Virus record (IMG/VR): IMGVR_UViG_3300003375_000111
Location: 1 to 27,540 of that record
From: a virus
Taxonomy: Duplodnaviria; Caudoviricetes
Strand: one strand, 5' to 3'
DNA: 27,540 bases
How positions within the stretch are numbered: the first letter of the stretch is position 1; the number at the start of each line of letters is the position of its first letter. Position numbers and translations under genes: made by a program. Positions 1 through 7,837 of this stretch are shown here, one piece after another. The notes beneath the pieces were generated by a model. That model ran no database searches. It was not told the DNA's origin and was given only the letters and a program-made list of their open reading frames with translations.

Positions 1-261
1 TGCGCGATGCCAACCTGGGCGGTGCCAACCTGGGCGGTGCCAACCTGCGCGATGCCAACCTGGGCGGTGCCAACCTGGGCGGTGCCAACCTGCGCGATGC
101 CTACCTGCGCGGTGCCAACCTGCGCGATGCCAACCTGCGCGATGCCTACCTGCGCGGCGCCAACCTGCGCGGTGCCAACCTGCGCGATGCCTACCTGGGC
201 GGTGCCAACCTGTGCGATGCCAACCTGGGCGGTGCCAACCTGTGCGATGCCAACCTGGGCG
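1..261 (+). repeat. Tandem 15-bp repeat (at least 17 units) encoding pentapeptide repeats
   Basis: Units such as GCCAACCTGGGCGGT / GCCAACCTGCGCGAT / GCCTACCTGCGCGGT. Confidence 0.95.
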
Positions 262-542
262 GCAAGAAACTCATTGGCGCCCGCCCATTCTTCCAAGTCG
301 GCCCCATCGGCTCGCGTTTTGACTATTTCCTGGCCTTTATCACTGACGCCGGTCTGGTGCTGCGCGCCGGATGCTTCACCGGTACCGTGGCCGACTTCGA
401 AGCCAGGCTGCAGGAGGAACACGGCGACAACGAGCACGCGAAGGAATACCGCGCTGCTCTGGCGCTGATCGCGGTCCACGCCGAGCTGTGGACGCCTGCT
501 GCTGAAGCCGTCGAAGCGCAACCCGTCGAGGTGGCGGTATGA
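3..542 (+). CDS. Pentapeptide-repeat protein with DUF5758-like C-terminal domain (5'-truncated by window edge)
   Basis: Frame starting at 3 reads RDANL-GGANL-GGANL-RDANL... then GPIGSRFDY...LRAGCFTGTVADF, continuous with track ORF 357..542; stop overlaps next ATG (ATGA). Confidence 0.9.
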   Translation, partial: RDANLGGANLGGANLRDANLGGANLGGANLRDAYLRGANLRDANLRDAYLRGANLRGANLRDAYLGGANLCDANLGGANLCDANLGGKKLIGARPFFQVGPIGSRFDYFLAFITDAGLVLRAGCFTGTVADFEARLQEEHGDNEHAKEYRAALALIAVHAELWTPAAEAVEAQPVEVAV

Positions 543-844
543 CCACGCCCGCCTGCCCCGCAGGGCTTCACGAGTTCACCCACGAGATTGAGCGCGTCGA
601 TTTGATTGCTCATTTCGAATACGAAGGCCCGACCACTGGCGGAGATGTCGCCGAGCTGCTGCCCGCTCGCGCCACCGTCAGCGCCGTCTATGTCAAGGGC
701 TGCGCCAGCAACCTGTACGACCTGCTGGCGGTCGATGTGATCAACGACTTGGAATCAGCCGCCGAGCGCCACATGCGCGCCGAGGATGACCTGACGCTTG
801 AAGACCGCGCCGCTGATCGGTGGGCTGATCGGATGGCGGCATGA
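539..844 (+). CDS. Hypothetical phage protein
   Basis: ATGA overlaps at both ends, upstream GAGGTGG, typical codon usage. Confidence 0.75.
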   Translation: MTTPACPAGLHEFTHEIERVDLIAHFEYEGPTTGGDVAELLPARATVSAVYVKGCASNLYDLLAVDVINDLESAAERHMRAEDDLTLEDRAADRWADRMAA

Positions 845-1245
845 GCACCGACCGCCAACCGTCGCACTTAGTGCGCCCGGAAGTTGAAATTGCCGGCCTC
901 GAATCGTCGATCGGTCACTTAAGCAGGCTGGTGGACTTTCAGCGGGAATTGCTGGTCGAAGTCGAGGAAGTGTTTGGCCGCGATGGGCATGGAGGCCCGT
1001 TTGAAGATGGCGAGATGCCATTGATAGACGAAATACGCAAGCACTTGGGCGCGACGGTTCAAAACCATGTCGAGGACTCGCGCAGGGTGGCCAAGCTGCG
1101 CGAAGCCCTGGAGCGCATCGCGTTCTATGGATTGGACCCTGCGTCTGAAGGTGGGATCGACGACAGTACTCTGATGCATCACTTCCGAGGCGCGGCATTC
1201 ACGATGGTGAACATCGCGGCGAGAGCGCTGGAGGCTGCGAAATGA
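841..1245 (+). CDS. Hypothetical phage protein
   Basis: ATGA-coupled; LREALERIA / IAARAL motifs common in small early phage proteins. Confidence 0.75.
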   Translation: MSTDRQPSHLVRPEVEIAGLESSIGHLSRLVDFQRELLVEVEEVFGRDGHGGPFEDGEMPLIDEIRKHLGATVQNHVEDSRRVAKLREALERIAFYGLDPASEGGIDDSTLMHHFRGAAFTMVNIAARALEAAK

Positions 1246-1481
1246 GCCGCATCTATTACCTCGCCGTCTGGCTGCTGGGCGCTGTCGTCATCGCACTGTG
1301 GATGCTGGTCGCCGCTCGCTTCGATGCTCAGCGCGCCCACGTCGAAGCCGACAACGCTCGCATAGCCAAAGCCGCGCAGCGCGCCTGTGGGCCTGAAGCC
1401 GCATGGCGCTGGATCGACAGCAAGACGGTGCAGTGCCTCATGCACAACAGCAAGAAATCTCAACAGGTGGCATTCAAGTGA
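1242..1481 (+). CDS. Small membrane-anchored protein with Cys pair
   Basis: N-terminal hydrophobic helix, ACGPEAAWRW...VQC; GGAGG upstream; ATGA-coupled. Confidence 0.75.
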   Translation: MSRIYYLAVWLLGAVVIALWMLVAARFDAQRAHVEADNARIAKAAQRACGPEAAWRWIDSKTVQCLMHNSKKSQQVAFK

Positions 1482-1615
1482 TCGAACGCCCCGAATCTGA
1501 GCCCGAGCTGTGGGAGCTGATCCTTGGCTGGATTTGCATCGCCCTCGCGTCCATCACCGCCGTCGGCATCTGCGCTTTCTTCGCCGGCGTCCTGATCAAT
1601 CACCTTTTCAACTGA
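1478..1615 (+). CDS. Small membrane protein (45 aa)
   Basis: GTGA overlap with previous stop; long hydrophobic stretch LILGWICIALASITAVGICAFFAGVLI. Confidence 0.6.
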   Translation: MIERPESEPELWELILGWICIALASITAVGICAFFAGVLINHLFN

Positions 1616-1622
1616 GGAAACC

Positions 1623-2579
1623 ATGAGCACCCAAATACAAACCCGGCAGCAAAACCCGGTGGTGGCGATGTCCAACTTCCTGGACAAGCTGAAGCCGCAA
1701 ATGGCACTGGCACTGCCAAAGCACATGAATGCGAACCGCATGACGCGCTTGGCGCTGACGGCATTCAGCACCAATGAGAAGCTTCAGCAGTGCACCCACC
1801 ACAGCATTGCTGGCGCCATCATGACCGCCGCGCAAATGGGGCTGGAGCCCGGCATAAACGGTCAGGGCTACTTAGTTGCCTACAAAAACACCTGCACCTT
1901 TGTTCCTGGCTGGAAGGGTCTGGTGGACATCGCCAACCGTTCGGGCCGCTGCACGGTTTGGACTGGTGCGGTCTTTGAGGGTGACGAGTTCGACTACGCG
2001 CTTGGCGACAACCCGTTTGTGCGCCATCGCCCGGGCGATGAGGACGATGCGTCAAAGATGACCCACGTCTATGCCGTTGGCCGCGTGGTCGGCAGCACGA
2101 TGCCCGTGATTGAGGTCTGGACCATCAAAAAGATCTGGAAGCACCGCAACAAATACAACAAGGTCGGCAATAGCCACTACAGCTTCCGCGACCCGGAAAT
2201 GTACGCGCGCAAGGTGCCGCTGCTCCAGGTGCTCAAGTACATGCCCAGCAGCATTGAGCTGAATACGGCATTGGAGGCCTCCAATGCAGCCGAAGAAGGC
2301 CGCAGCGCCGTGATCGACGGCTCTGGCTTCGTGACCATCTCCGAGCCGGATCGGTCTGATGAGCAGGGTCAACAGGACCCCGGTCAGGCCGAAGAAACAG
2401 GCGAATTGCCGGTGATGACCCAGGACGCATTCAACAAGAAGAAGGACGCTTGGAGAAAGCTCGTTGAGAACGGCCGGCCGGTAAATGCGGTGATCGCGAT
2501 GGCTCAGACCAAGGAGGTTCTGACCGACGAAATGCGTATGGAAATCGCCTCCTGGTCCGCAACTCAGATGGAGGCTTGA
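1623..2579 (+). CDS. recT: RecT-family single-strand annealing protein
   Basis: ALPKHMNANRMTRLA, AAQMGLEP, YLVAY, GWKGLVDIA.RSG, VFEGDEFDY.LG, EMYARK motifs; GAGGA RBS. Confidence 0.93.
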   Translation: MSTQIQTRQQNPVVAMSNFLDKLKPQMALALPKHMNANRMTRLALTAFSTNEKLQQCTHHSIAGAIMTAAQMGLEPGINGQGYLVAYKNTCTFVPGWKGLVDIANRSGRCTVWTGAVFEGDEFDYALGDNPFVRHRPGDEDDASKMTHVYAVGRVVGSTMPVIEVWTIKKIWKHRNKYNKVGNSHYSFRDPEMYARKVPLLQVLKYMPSSIELNTALEASNAAEEGRSAVIDGSGFVTISEPDRSDEQGQQDPGQAEETGELPVMTQDAFNKKKDAWRKLVENGRPVNAVIAMAQTKEVLTDEMRMEIASWSATQMEA

Positions 2580-2581
2580 TC

Positions 2582-4279
2582 ATGGAACGCATTACGCACG
2601 ATCTCATTCAGGGTTCCGAAGCCTGGCAGAGCTTCCGATTGGATCACTTTGGCGCATCTGAAGCCGCCGCCGCAATGGGCATTTCGACGAAGGCCAAGCG
2701 CTCTGAGTTGCTGCGCGCCAAGCACACCGGTATCGCGAAGGAATACAGCGACTGGTTCCAAGAAAACGTCCTGGATCACGGTCACGCGGTCGAAGCCAAG
2801 GCGCGTCCGCTGATCGAAGCAATCATCGGTGACGACCTCTATCCCTGCACCATGTCCTACGGCAAGCTGTCGGCGTCTTGTGACGGCCTGACCATGGACT
2901 GTGTCACTGCTTTCGAGCACAAGCAGTGGAACCGCGAATTGGCGGAATCCGTTGCCAGCGGCGTACTGCCTGAAGAGCACATGCCCCAATGCCAACAGAT
3001 CATGCATGTGACCGGCGCTAGGCGCGTGATCTTTACCGTCTCGGACGGCACACCAGAAAACATGGTCTACATGGAAGTCCTGCCTGACGATGGCTGGATC
3101 GAGCGGATTCATCTTGCTTGGGCTCAGTTCGCCATTGACCTCAAAGCCTATCAGCCGCCTAAATATGCCGAGCCGGCGCCGGTCGGCCATACCCGGGAGA
3201 ACCTTCCGGCTCTGCGTGTCGAGGTGACTGGCGCCGTCACTGCCTCCAATGTGGACGCGTTCAAGGCGCACGCCTTTGAGGTCATCAGCTCAATCAATCA
3301 GGAGTTGGCAACCGATCAGGACTTCGCCAACGCGGCGGCTGATGTGAAGTGGCTTGATGAAGTTCGATTGAATCTGAAGGCTGTGCGCCAAAACATTTTG
3401 GCCCAGACCGGCAGCATCGACGAGGTTTTGCGCGTCTTGGATGAGATTGACGCCGCCGCGCAAAAGAAGTCGTCTTCCATGGAAAAGCTGGTGACAGCCC
3501 GGAAGGACCAGATCAAGGCTGACATCGTTCAAGAAGGCATTCTGGCCATGAGCCAGCACATCGCCACGCTGAACCAGCGCTTGGGCCACAACTACATGCC
3601 GGTCGTACCGTACGACTTCGGCGCCGCCATCAAAGGCAAGCGCACTGTCGACACCCTGCGCGAGGCCATGACCAATGAGCTGACCCGGGCCAAGATCGCC
3701 GCCAGCGCCATCGCCGACAGGATCGCCATCAACCTGCAGGCGCTGGACAAGGTCGCCGTCGATTACCCGACGCTGTTCCCGGATCGCGCAGCCATCATTA
3801 CCAAAGCTGCAGATGACCTGGCCGCCCTGATCCAAAACCGGGTAAACGCCGAGACCGCCCGGCTGGAAGCGGAGCGTGCGCAGATCCGGGAAGAAGAGCA
3901 GGCCAAGGCCCAGAAAGATGCAGAAGCGCAGGTTGCCGCGCGGGCTGCTGCCGATCTGGCCATTGCCAAGGCTGCGGAACCGGCGCCGGCACCAGCGCCA
4001 GCCCCAATGGCTGCGCCCATGCAGACTTTTGCGCCGGTCGCCACAGCTCGCGTGGTGTCCATAACCCAAGCATCGAACGAAGCTCCCACGGTCAGCCTTG
4101 GCGAGATCAACAGTTACCTGGAGTTCGTGTCCATAACCGCCGAAGGCCTGAACCGTCTTGGCTTTCCTGTCATTGCCAAGGAAAAGGCCAAGTGCTTGTA
4201 CCGCGCCAGCGACCTTCCAAAGATGCGCGACGCGCTGGTGAATCGCCTGCTTGCCATCCAGTTCCAGAAGGCCGCGTGA
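2582..4279 (+). CDS. YqaJ/lambda-exonuclease-like protein with long coiled-coil C-terminus
   Basis: QGSEAW..FR, GASEAAA, GHAVEAKAR, LSASCDG, FEHK, PQCQQ motifs; follows RecT; GGAGG RBS before ATG 2582. Confidence 0.9.
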   Translation: MERITHDLIQGSEAWQSFRLDHFGASEAAAAMGISTKAKRSELLRAKHTGIAKEYSDWFQENVLDHGHAVEAKARPLIEAIIGDDLYPCTMSYGKLSASCDGLTMDCVTAFEHKQWNRELAESVASGVLPEEHMPQCQQIMHVTGARRVIFTVSDGTPENMVYMEVLPDDGWIERIHLAWAQFAIDLKAYQPPKYAEPAPVGHTRENLPALRVEVTGAVTASNVDAFKAHAFEVISSINQELATDQDFANAAADVKWLDEVRLNLKAVRQNILAQTGSIDEVLRVLDEIDAAAQKKSSSMEKLVTARKDQIKADIVQEGILAMSQHIATLNQRLGHNYMPVVPYDFGAAIKGKRTVDTLREAMTNELTRAKIAASAIADRIAINLQALDKVAVDYPTLFPDRAAIITKAADDLAALIQNRVNAETARLEAERAQIREEEQAKAQKDAEAQVAARAAADLAIAKAAEPAPAPAPAPMAAPMQTFAPVATARVVSITQASNEAPTVSLGEINSYLEFVSITAEGLNRLGFPVIAKEKAKCLYRASDLPKMRDALVNRLLAIQFQKAA

Positions 4280-4280
4280 G

Positions 4281-4469
4281 ATGGCCGCCATCAACACCAT
4301 GGTCAAACGCGTCGCAGGGCTCGCAGACACCACGGACGTGAGCGACTGGGAAACCGGGTTCATCAAATCTGTCTTGGAGAAAACCAAGAACGGCGATGAC
4401 ACCCGCTCTCTCACCGAAAAGCAAATTGATGTCCTTGAGCGCTTGCACGCCAAGCATTTTGAGGGCTGA
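4281..4469 (+). CDS. Hypothetical phage protein (62 aa)
   Basis: ATG 1 nt after previous stop; SDWETGFI.S...LTEKQ..L..L motif typical of a small phage protein family. Confidence 0.75.
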   Translation: MAAINTMVKRVAGLADTTDVSDWETGFIKSVLEKTKNGDDTRSLTEKQIDVLERLHAKHFEG

Positions 4470-4500
4470 CCCCTTTCCCAACCACCAACCGGAGATCACC

Positions 4501-4791
4501 ATGCCCAAGCAAGACGCACCCAAGAAACCGGCTCAAGCCTTCGATGAAGGTCCGGCGCCGACCATTCCCATGGTCGATGTTGAAAGCCACCAGATCAAAT
4601 CCGTGGGCTTTGAGCCCGCCACCAACACGCTCGCCGTGACCTTCACGCGCGGCACGGCTATCTACCACTACCCGGGCACTCCCGATATGCACCAGGCCTT
4701 CCTGGCCGCTGAGTCGAAGGGCAAGTTCTTTGAGCAGCACATCCGGCCGCTGCCGTTCAAGAAGTACCGCGGCGAAGCCGTTACGGCCTGA
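4501..4791 (+). CDS. KTSC domain protein
   Basis: VESHQIKSVGFEP....LAVTF....YHY.G......FLAAESKGKFF..HIR matches KTSC pattern; GGAG RBS. Confidence 0.9.
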   Translation: MPKQDAPKKPAQAFDEGPAPTIPMVDVESHQIKSVGFEPATNTLAVTFTRGTAIYHYPGTPDMHQAFLAAESKGKFFEQHIRPLPFKKYRGEAVTA

Positions 4792-4799
4792 TCGAAGCG

Positions 4800-4860
4800 C
4801 ACCTCTATCACCCACCACCTATCACCCTTCTATCAACCCCTAATCACCCACCTCAACCAT
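4800..4860 (+). repeat. G-free C-rich tract with four CTATCACCC-like units
   Basis: CTATCACCC at 4805 and 4819, CTATCAACCCC at 4830, CTAATCACCC at 4840; no G for 61 nt. Confidence 0.8.
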
Positions 4861-5119
4861 GCCAAACCAACAACCCGCCCCCTTCGACATCGCCAACGTA
4901 CGCGTCACCTACGTGCTGACAGTTCCACAGGTCGATCTGATCCTGAAAGGCATCAATAGCCTTTCGGTCGGCGAGGCGGCAGATTTCCGAAATCAATTCC
5001 TGGCTCATGCCCAGGCCACGGTGCAAAAAGCCAAGCAGGACGCCGACTCAGCCGTCGCTGCGAGCGAAGCCGCTGCCAACCCTGCACCGGAAGCAGCCCC
5101 AGCTGAGGCAGCGCAGTAA
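4859..5119 (+). CDS. Hypothetical phage protein
   Basis: Fills the gap in the + operon; helical core with Ala/Pro/Glu tail; no SD sequence. Confidence 0.7.
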   Translation: MPNQQPAPFDIANVRVTYVLTVPQVDLILKGINSLSVGEAADFRNQFLAHAQATVQKAKQDADSAVAASEAAANPAPEAAPAEAAQ

Positions 5120-5172
5120 CAGATCCATCCCGCCGGTTGCAAAGCTGGCGGCGGTCAACCCCTAAGGAAACC

Positions 5173-5637
5173 ATGAAATCTTTCCATCTGTTCCTCCAGG
5201 ACCTGAGTCGAAGCCTGCGCAGGCCCCCAAAAGACAAGCCGATTGCCACTTCATCGGCACCCAAGATTGACGAACCGTGGCCCGGCCATGGCGGCATTTA
5301 CTGCGGGATCTCGCGCGACGAAGACGGCCAGCCCGATGCGCACCTGATCCTGGCTGATCTGGCGCCCGATCGGGACTTCACCTGGAAGGATGCCCTGGAG
5401 TTCGCCAAGACCGTCGAAGCCGATGGTCACGCCGACTTTCACGTCCCGACCCGCTTCGAAAGCGCTCTCCTGTACGCCAACGTGCGTGACCAGTTGGATA
5501 CCGACCGTTGGCACTGGACCAGTACGCAGTACTCCGAGTACGGCGCCTTCGGCCAGAACTTCTACAACGGCGATCAGGGCTACGCCGGCAAGGGCAGCGG
5601 AGGCAGAGTGCGTTTCGTCCGCTTGGTCCCGCTCTGA
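5173..5637 (+). CDS. DUF1566/Lcl-domain (C-type-lectin-fold) protein
   Basis: W.G.GGIY.G, TWKDA, DFHVPTR.E..LL, WHWTSTQYS, F.NG.Q, RVRFVR motifs; AAGGA RBS. Confidence 0.85.
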   Translation: MKSFHLFLQDLSRSLRRPPKDKPIATSSAPKIDEPWPGHGGIYCGISRDEDGQPDAHLILADLAPDRDFTWKDALEFAKTVEADGHADFHVPTRFESALLYANVRDQLDTDRWHWTSTQYSEYGAFGQNFYNGDQGYAGKGSGGRVRFVRLVPL

Positions 5638-5660
5638 GCCGATCATGAATCGTCAAGCCG

Positions 5661-5689
5661 TTGCGTCCGTTTGTAGCGTGGTGTACACT
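5661..5689 (+). promoter_or_regulatory. Sigma70-type promoter for the C4/antirepressor operon
   Basis: TTGCGT-N17-TACACT directly upstream of the hairpin leader. Confidence 0.7.
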
Positions 5690-5749
5690 TTGCCCGTCAG
5701 GTCATCGCGCCTGACCGGGCTTGGCGGCCCGGATGAATTCGCGGCACAT

Positions 5750-5778
5750 AGCCGCACGCGCAAGTCTGCGGCTTTTTT
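5750..5778 (+). terminator. Intrinsic terminator/attenuator in the C4 leader
   Basis: AGCCGCA...TGCGGCT stem followed by T-run. Confidence 0.65.
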
Positions 5779-5794
5779 GTGCACGGCCCCTTTT

Positions 5795-5882
5795 ATGGCG
5801 GCCCCAACAGGAGAGCCGAAAGGCTCGCCAGCTTTCGCTCCGCGAGTTCACTGGTCCGCCAATCCTGTTGTGGGCTGCCGCC
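5795..5882 (+). ncRNA. C4-type antisense RNA (P1 C4 / P4 CI-like)
   Basis: Outer stem 5797-5812 with 5863-5879, GAGCC-GAAA-GGCTC hairpin, CCAG/CTGG stem; unpaired CCGCCAA and GAGTTCA have complements both upstream and downstream; lies before antirepressor genes. Confidence 0.85.
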
Positions 5883-5934
5883 TTATTGGCGGTTGGTGGC
5901 AGTCCGAGATTCATCTGAACTCTTGGAGGCCATC

Positions 5935-6108
5935 ATGGCAATCTGCTGCACCCCTGCGCCGGCGCAACCGCGTCGCACCGCACCCGCACTTCCCGTCTAT
6001 CAATCAACCCGCTACGCGCGCGCCGAAGCTGCCGCGCTGCTTCAGCGCGCATCTGGCAAGCCTGCTTGCAACGCTTGGCCTTTCACCGTTTTCGCAAAGG
6101 CGGTGTGA
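5935..6108 (+). CDS. Small leader ORF in the icd/kil position of the C4 operon
   Basis: GGAGG RBS adjacent to C4 target site; stop 1 nt before the antirepressor ATG; function inferred from position only. Confidence 0.6.
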   Translation: MAICCTPAPAQPRRTAPALPVYQSTRYARAEAAALLQRASGKPACNAWPFTVFAKAV

Positions 6109-6109
6109 C

Positions 6110-6853
6110 ATGGAAGGCCAAATCACCGAAGTCGTTTTCTACGGCGCGACCCTGCTCACAGTCCTCATTGGCGGTGTTCGCTATATCGCCATCAAGCCAA
6201 TCAGCGACGCACTCGGTCTTGACTGGTCCGCTCAGTACCGCCGAATCAAGCGCCATCCAGTCATGGGTAAAGGGATTGCCGTTATGGCAATGCCTTCGGA
6301 TGGTGGCAAGCAGGATGCCATGTGCATTCCCTTGGACAAGCTGAACGGCTGGCTGTTCGGGATCAGTGCCAGCCGCGTGAAGCCCGAACTTCGCGCGCGG
6401 CTGGTCCAGTACCAAGCCGAATGCTTCGACGTTCTGGCCCAGCACTTTGGCAACAAGCCAGACGCCGCGCCCAGCCTGAAAAACCGCCGCTGGCTCATCA
6501 GCTTCGACCACGCCGGCAAAGAGGTCATCACCAGTGTGCCGACTGATGCGTACGTGATGACCGTGGGCGAAATCGCCAAGAGCCTGTACGACGGTCAGTT
6601 TTCCCGGAACGAGGTGCACGCCATCGCCAATGCCGTGATGCAGCGCATGTACATCCAGGGTTGCGAGAACAAGCCGACCGATGTCGGTGACGACCTGGCC
6701 GAGGAAATCCAAAAAGGCAAGTTCGACACCGTGGCGCTCTACAAAGTGTCCGTTGCCGCGTCAATGCGCCTTTGGATGGATGTGGGCATCAAGACGGGAC
6801 GTTTCCAGACCAGCGCGCCAGCAAAGCAAACTCAAACCGGAGTATCAGCATGA
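6110..6853 (+). CDS. Phage antirepressor, P22_AR_N domain
   Basis: FYGATL, YIAIKPISDALGLDWSAQYRRIK, GGKQ..CIPL.KLNGWLFGI...RVKPE.R..L..YQ.EC. Confidence 0.9.
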   Translation: MEGQITEVVFYGATLLTVLIGGVRYIAIKPISDALGLDWSAQYRRIKRHPVMGKGIAVMAMPSDGGKQDAMCIPLDKLNGWLFGISASRVKPELRARLVQYQAECFDVLAQHFGNKPDAAPSLKNRRWLISFDHAGKEVITSVPTDAYVMTVGEIAKSLYDGQFSRNEVHAIANAVMQRMYIQGCENKPTDVGDDLAEEIQKGKFDTVALYKVSVAASMRLWMDVGIKTGRFQTSAPAKQTQTGVSA

Positions 6854-7617
6854 ACAACCTTATCCCCTTCCAATTTGACGGCATCAACATCCGCGTCATC
6901 GTCATTGATGGCGAACCGTGGTTTGTTGGTAAAGACGTTTGCGACGCATTGGGCTATGCCGATGCGACCACCGCTCTGCGTTCGCACTGCAAGGGGGTGC
7001 AAAAGCTGCACCCCCTTCAGACTGCTGGCGGATTGCAACAAACTCGCGTCATCAGCGAAGGCGACCTGATGCGTTTGGTCGTTAACAGCACGCTGCCTGC
7101 CGCCGAAGCCTTTGAGCGCAAGGTGTTCGATGAAATCTTGCCGACCATCCGCAAGACCGGCAGCTATGGAGTTGGGCTGCCCGCTCCCGTCTCGCCATCT
7201 GCAATCCAGCCGACCAAGGAATATCGCGCACTGTTCGGTATCGCCAAGTTGATCGGCTTGGACAAGAATGCCGCCGCCATCGCAGCAAATCAGGCGGTTG
7301 CCACGCTGACGGGCACCAACGTGCTGCAGCTACTTGGCACGACGCACCTGGATGCTGCAAACCAGGATACGCAGTATTTCACCCCGACCGAGCTTGGCAA
7401 GCGCATCGGCACCAGTGCGCGCGGCGTCAATCTCCTGCTGGCCGAGGCCGGAATGCAACTCAAGCGCGGCGAGGTTTGGGAGGTCACTGATGCGGGCCGG
7501 GAGTTCGCACGCCTGTATGACACCGGGAAGAAGCATGGCAGCGGCGTTCCGGTTACGCAAATCAAATGGTCCCCGACCGTCCTGCCGATGCTTGGTTCCG
7601 ACAAAGAGGCGGCATGA
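6850..7617 (+). CDS. Bro-N domain antirepressor-like protein with KilA-C/ANT-like C-terminus
   Basis: FQFDG..IR...DGEPWFV.KDVCDALGY, GGLQ...ISEGDL.RL...S.LP.A..FE..VF.EILPTIRKTGSY; GGAG RBS; ATGA-coupled. Confidence 0.92.
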   Translation: MNNLIPFQFDGINIRVIVIDGEPWFVGKDVCDALGYADATTALRSHCKGVQKLHPLQTAGGLQQTRVISEGDLMRLVVNSTLPAAEAFERKVFDEILPTIRKTGSYGVGLPAPVSPSAIQPTKEYRALFGIAKLIGLDKNAAAIAANQAVATLTGTNVLQLLGTTHLDAANQDTQYFTPTELGKRIGTSARGVNLLLAEAGMQLKRGEVWEVTDAGREFARLYDTGKKHGSGVPVTQIKWSPTVLPMLGSDKEAA

Positions 7618-7718
7618 GCCACAGCCACCACGACCAGGCGCTGATCGCCCGTGTCCTGCGCCAGCGCGGGCACACGGTTGACGGGGACCTGGGCAAGGTT
7701 TTCCGGAGGTCGGTATGA
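7614..7718 (+). CDS. Tiny hypothetical protein (34 aa, MSHSHHDQAL...)
   Basis: GAGG RBS, ATGA overlaps at both ends. Confidence 0.5.
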   Translation: MSHSHHDQALIARVLRQRGHTVDGDLGKVFRRSV

Positions 7719-7837
7719 CCCAGCAATTCAAGGGCAACGGCATTCAGCGCTGGTGCGCAATCTGCGCCTGCCACCGGGCGACTGGTGGCGGAACGGTGCG
7801 CTGGGTCTGTGCAAGGCATAAGGAAATTCAAAAATGA
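7715..7837 (+). CDS. Tiny putative zinc-binding protein (40 aa)
   Basis: GGAGG RBS, ATGA overlaps; CAIC...CARH. Confidence 0.6.
   Translation: MTQQFKGNGIQRWCAICACHRATGGGTVRWVCARHKEIQK

Noticed and set aside
1-261. Possible CRISPR array
   Set aside because: Contiguous 15-bp coding repeats with no unique spacers and no cas genes
7-468. Track ORF MPTWAVPTWA...
   Set aside because: Off-frame shadow of the 15-bp repeat; the frame starting at 3 gives canonical pentapeptides and joins 357..542
3290-4453. 387-aa - strand ORF
   Set aside because: Antisense to the well-supported YqaJ gene
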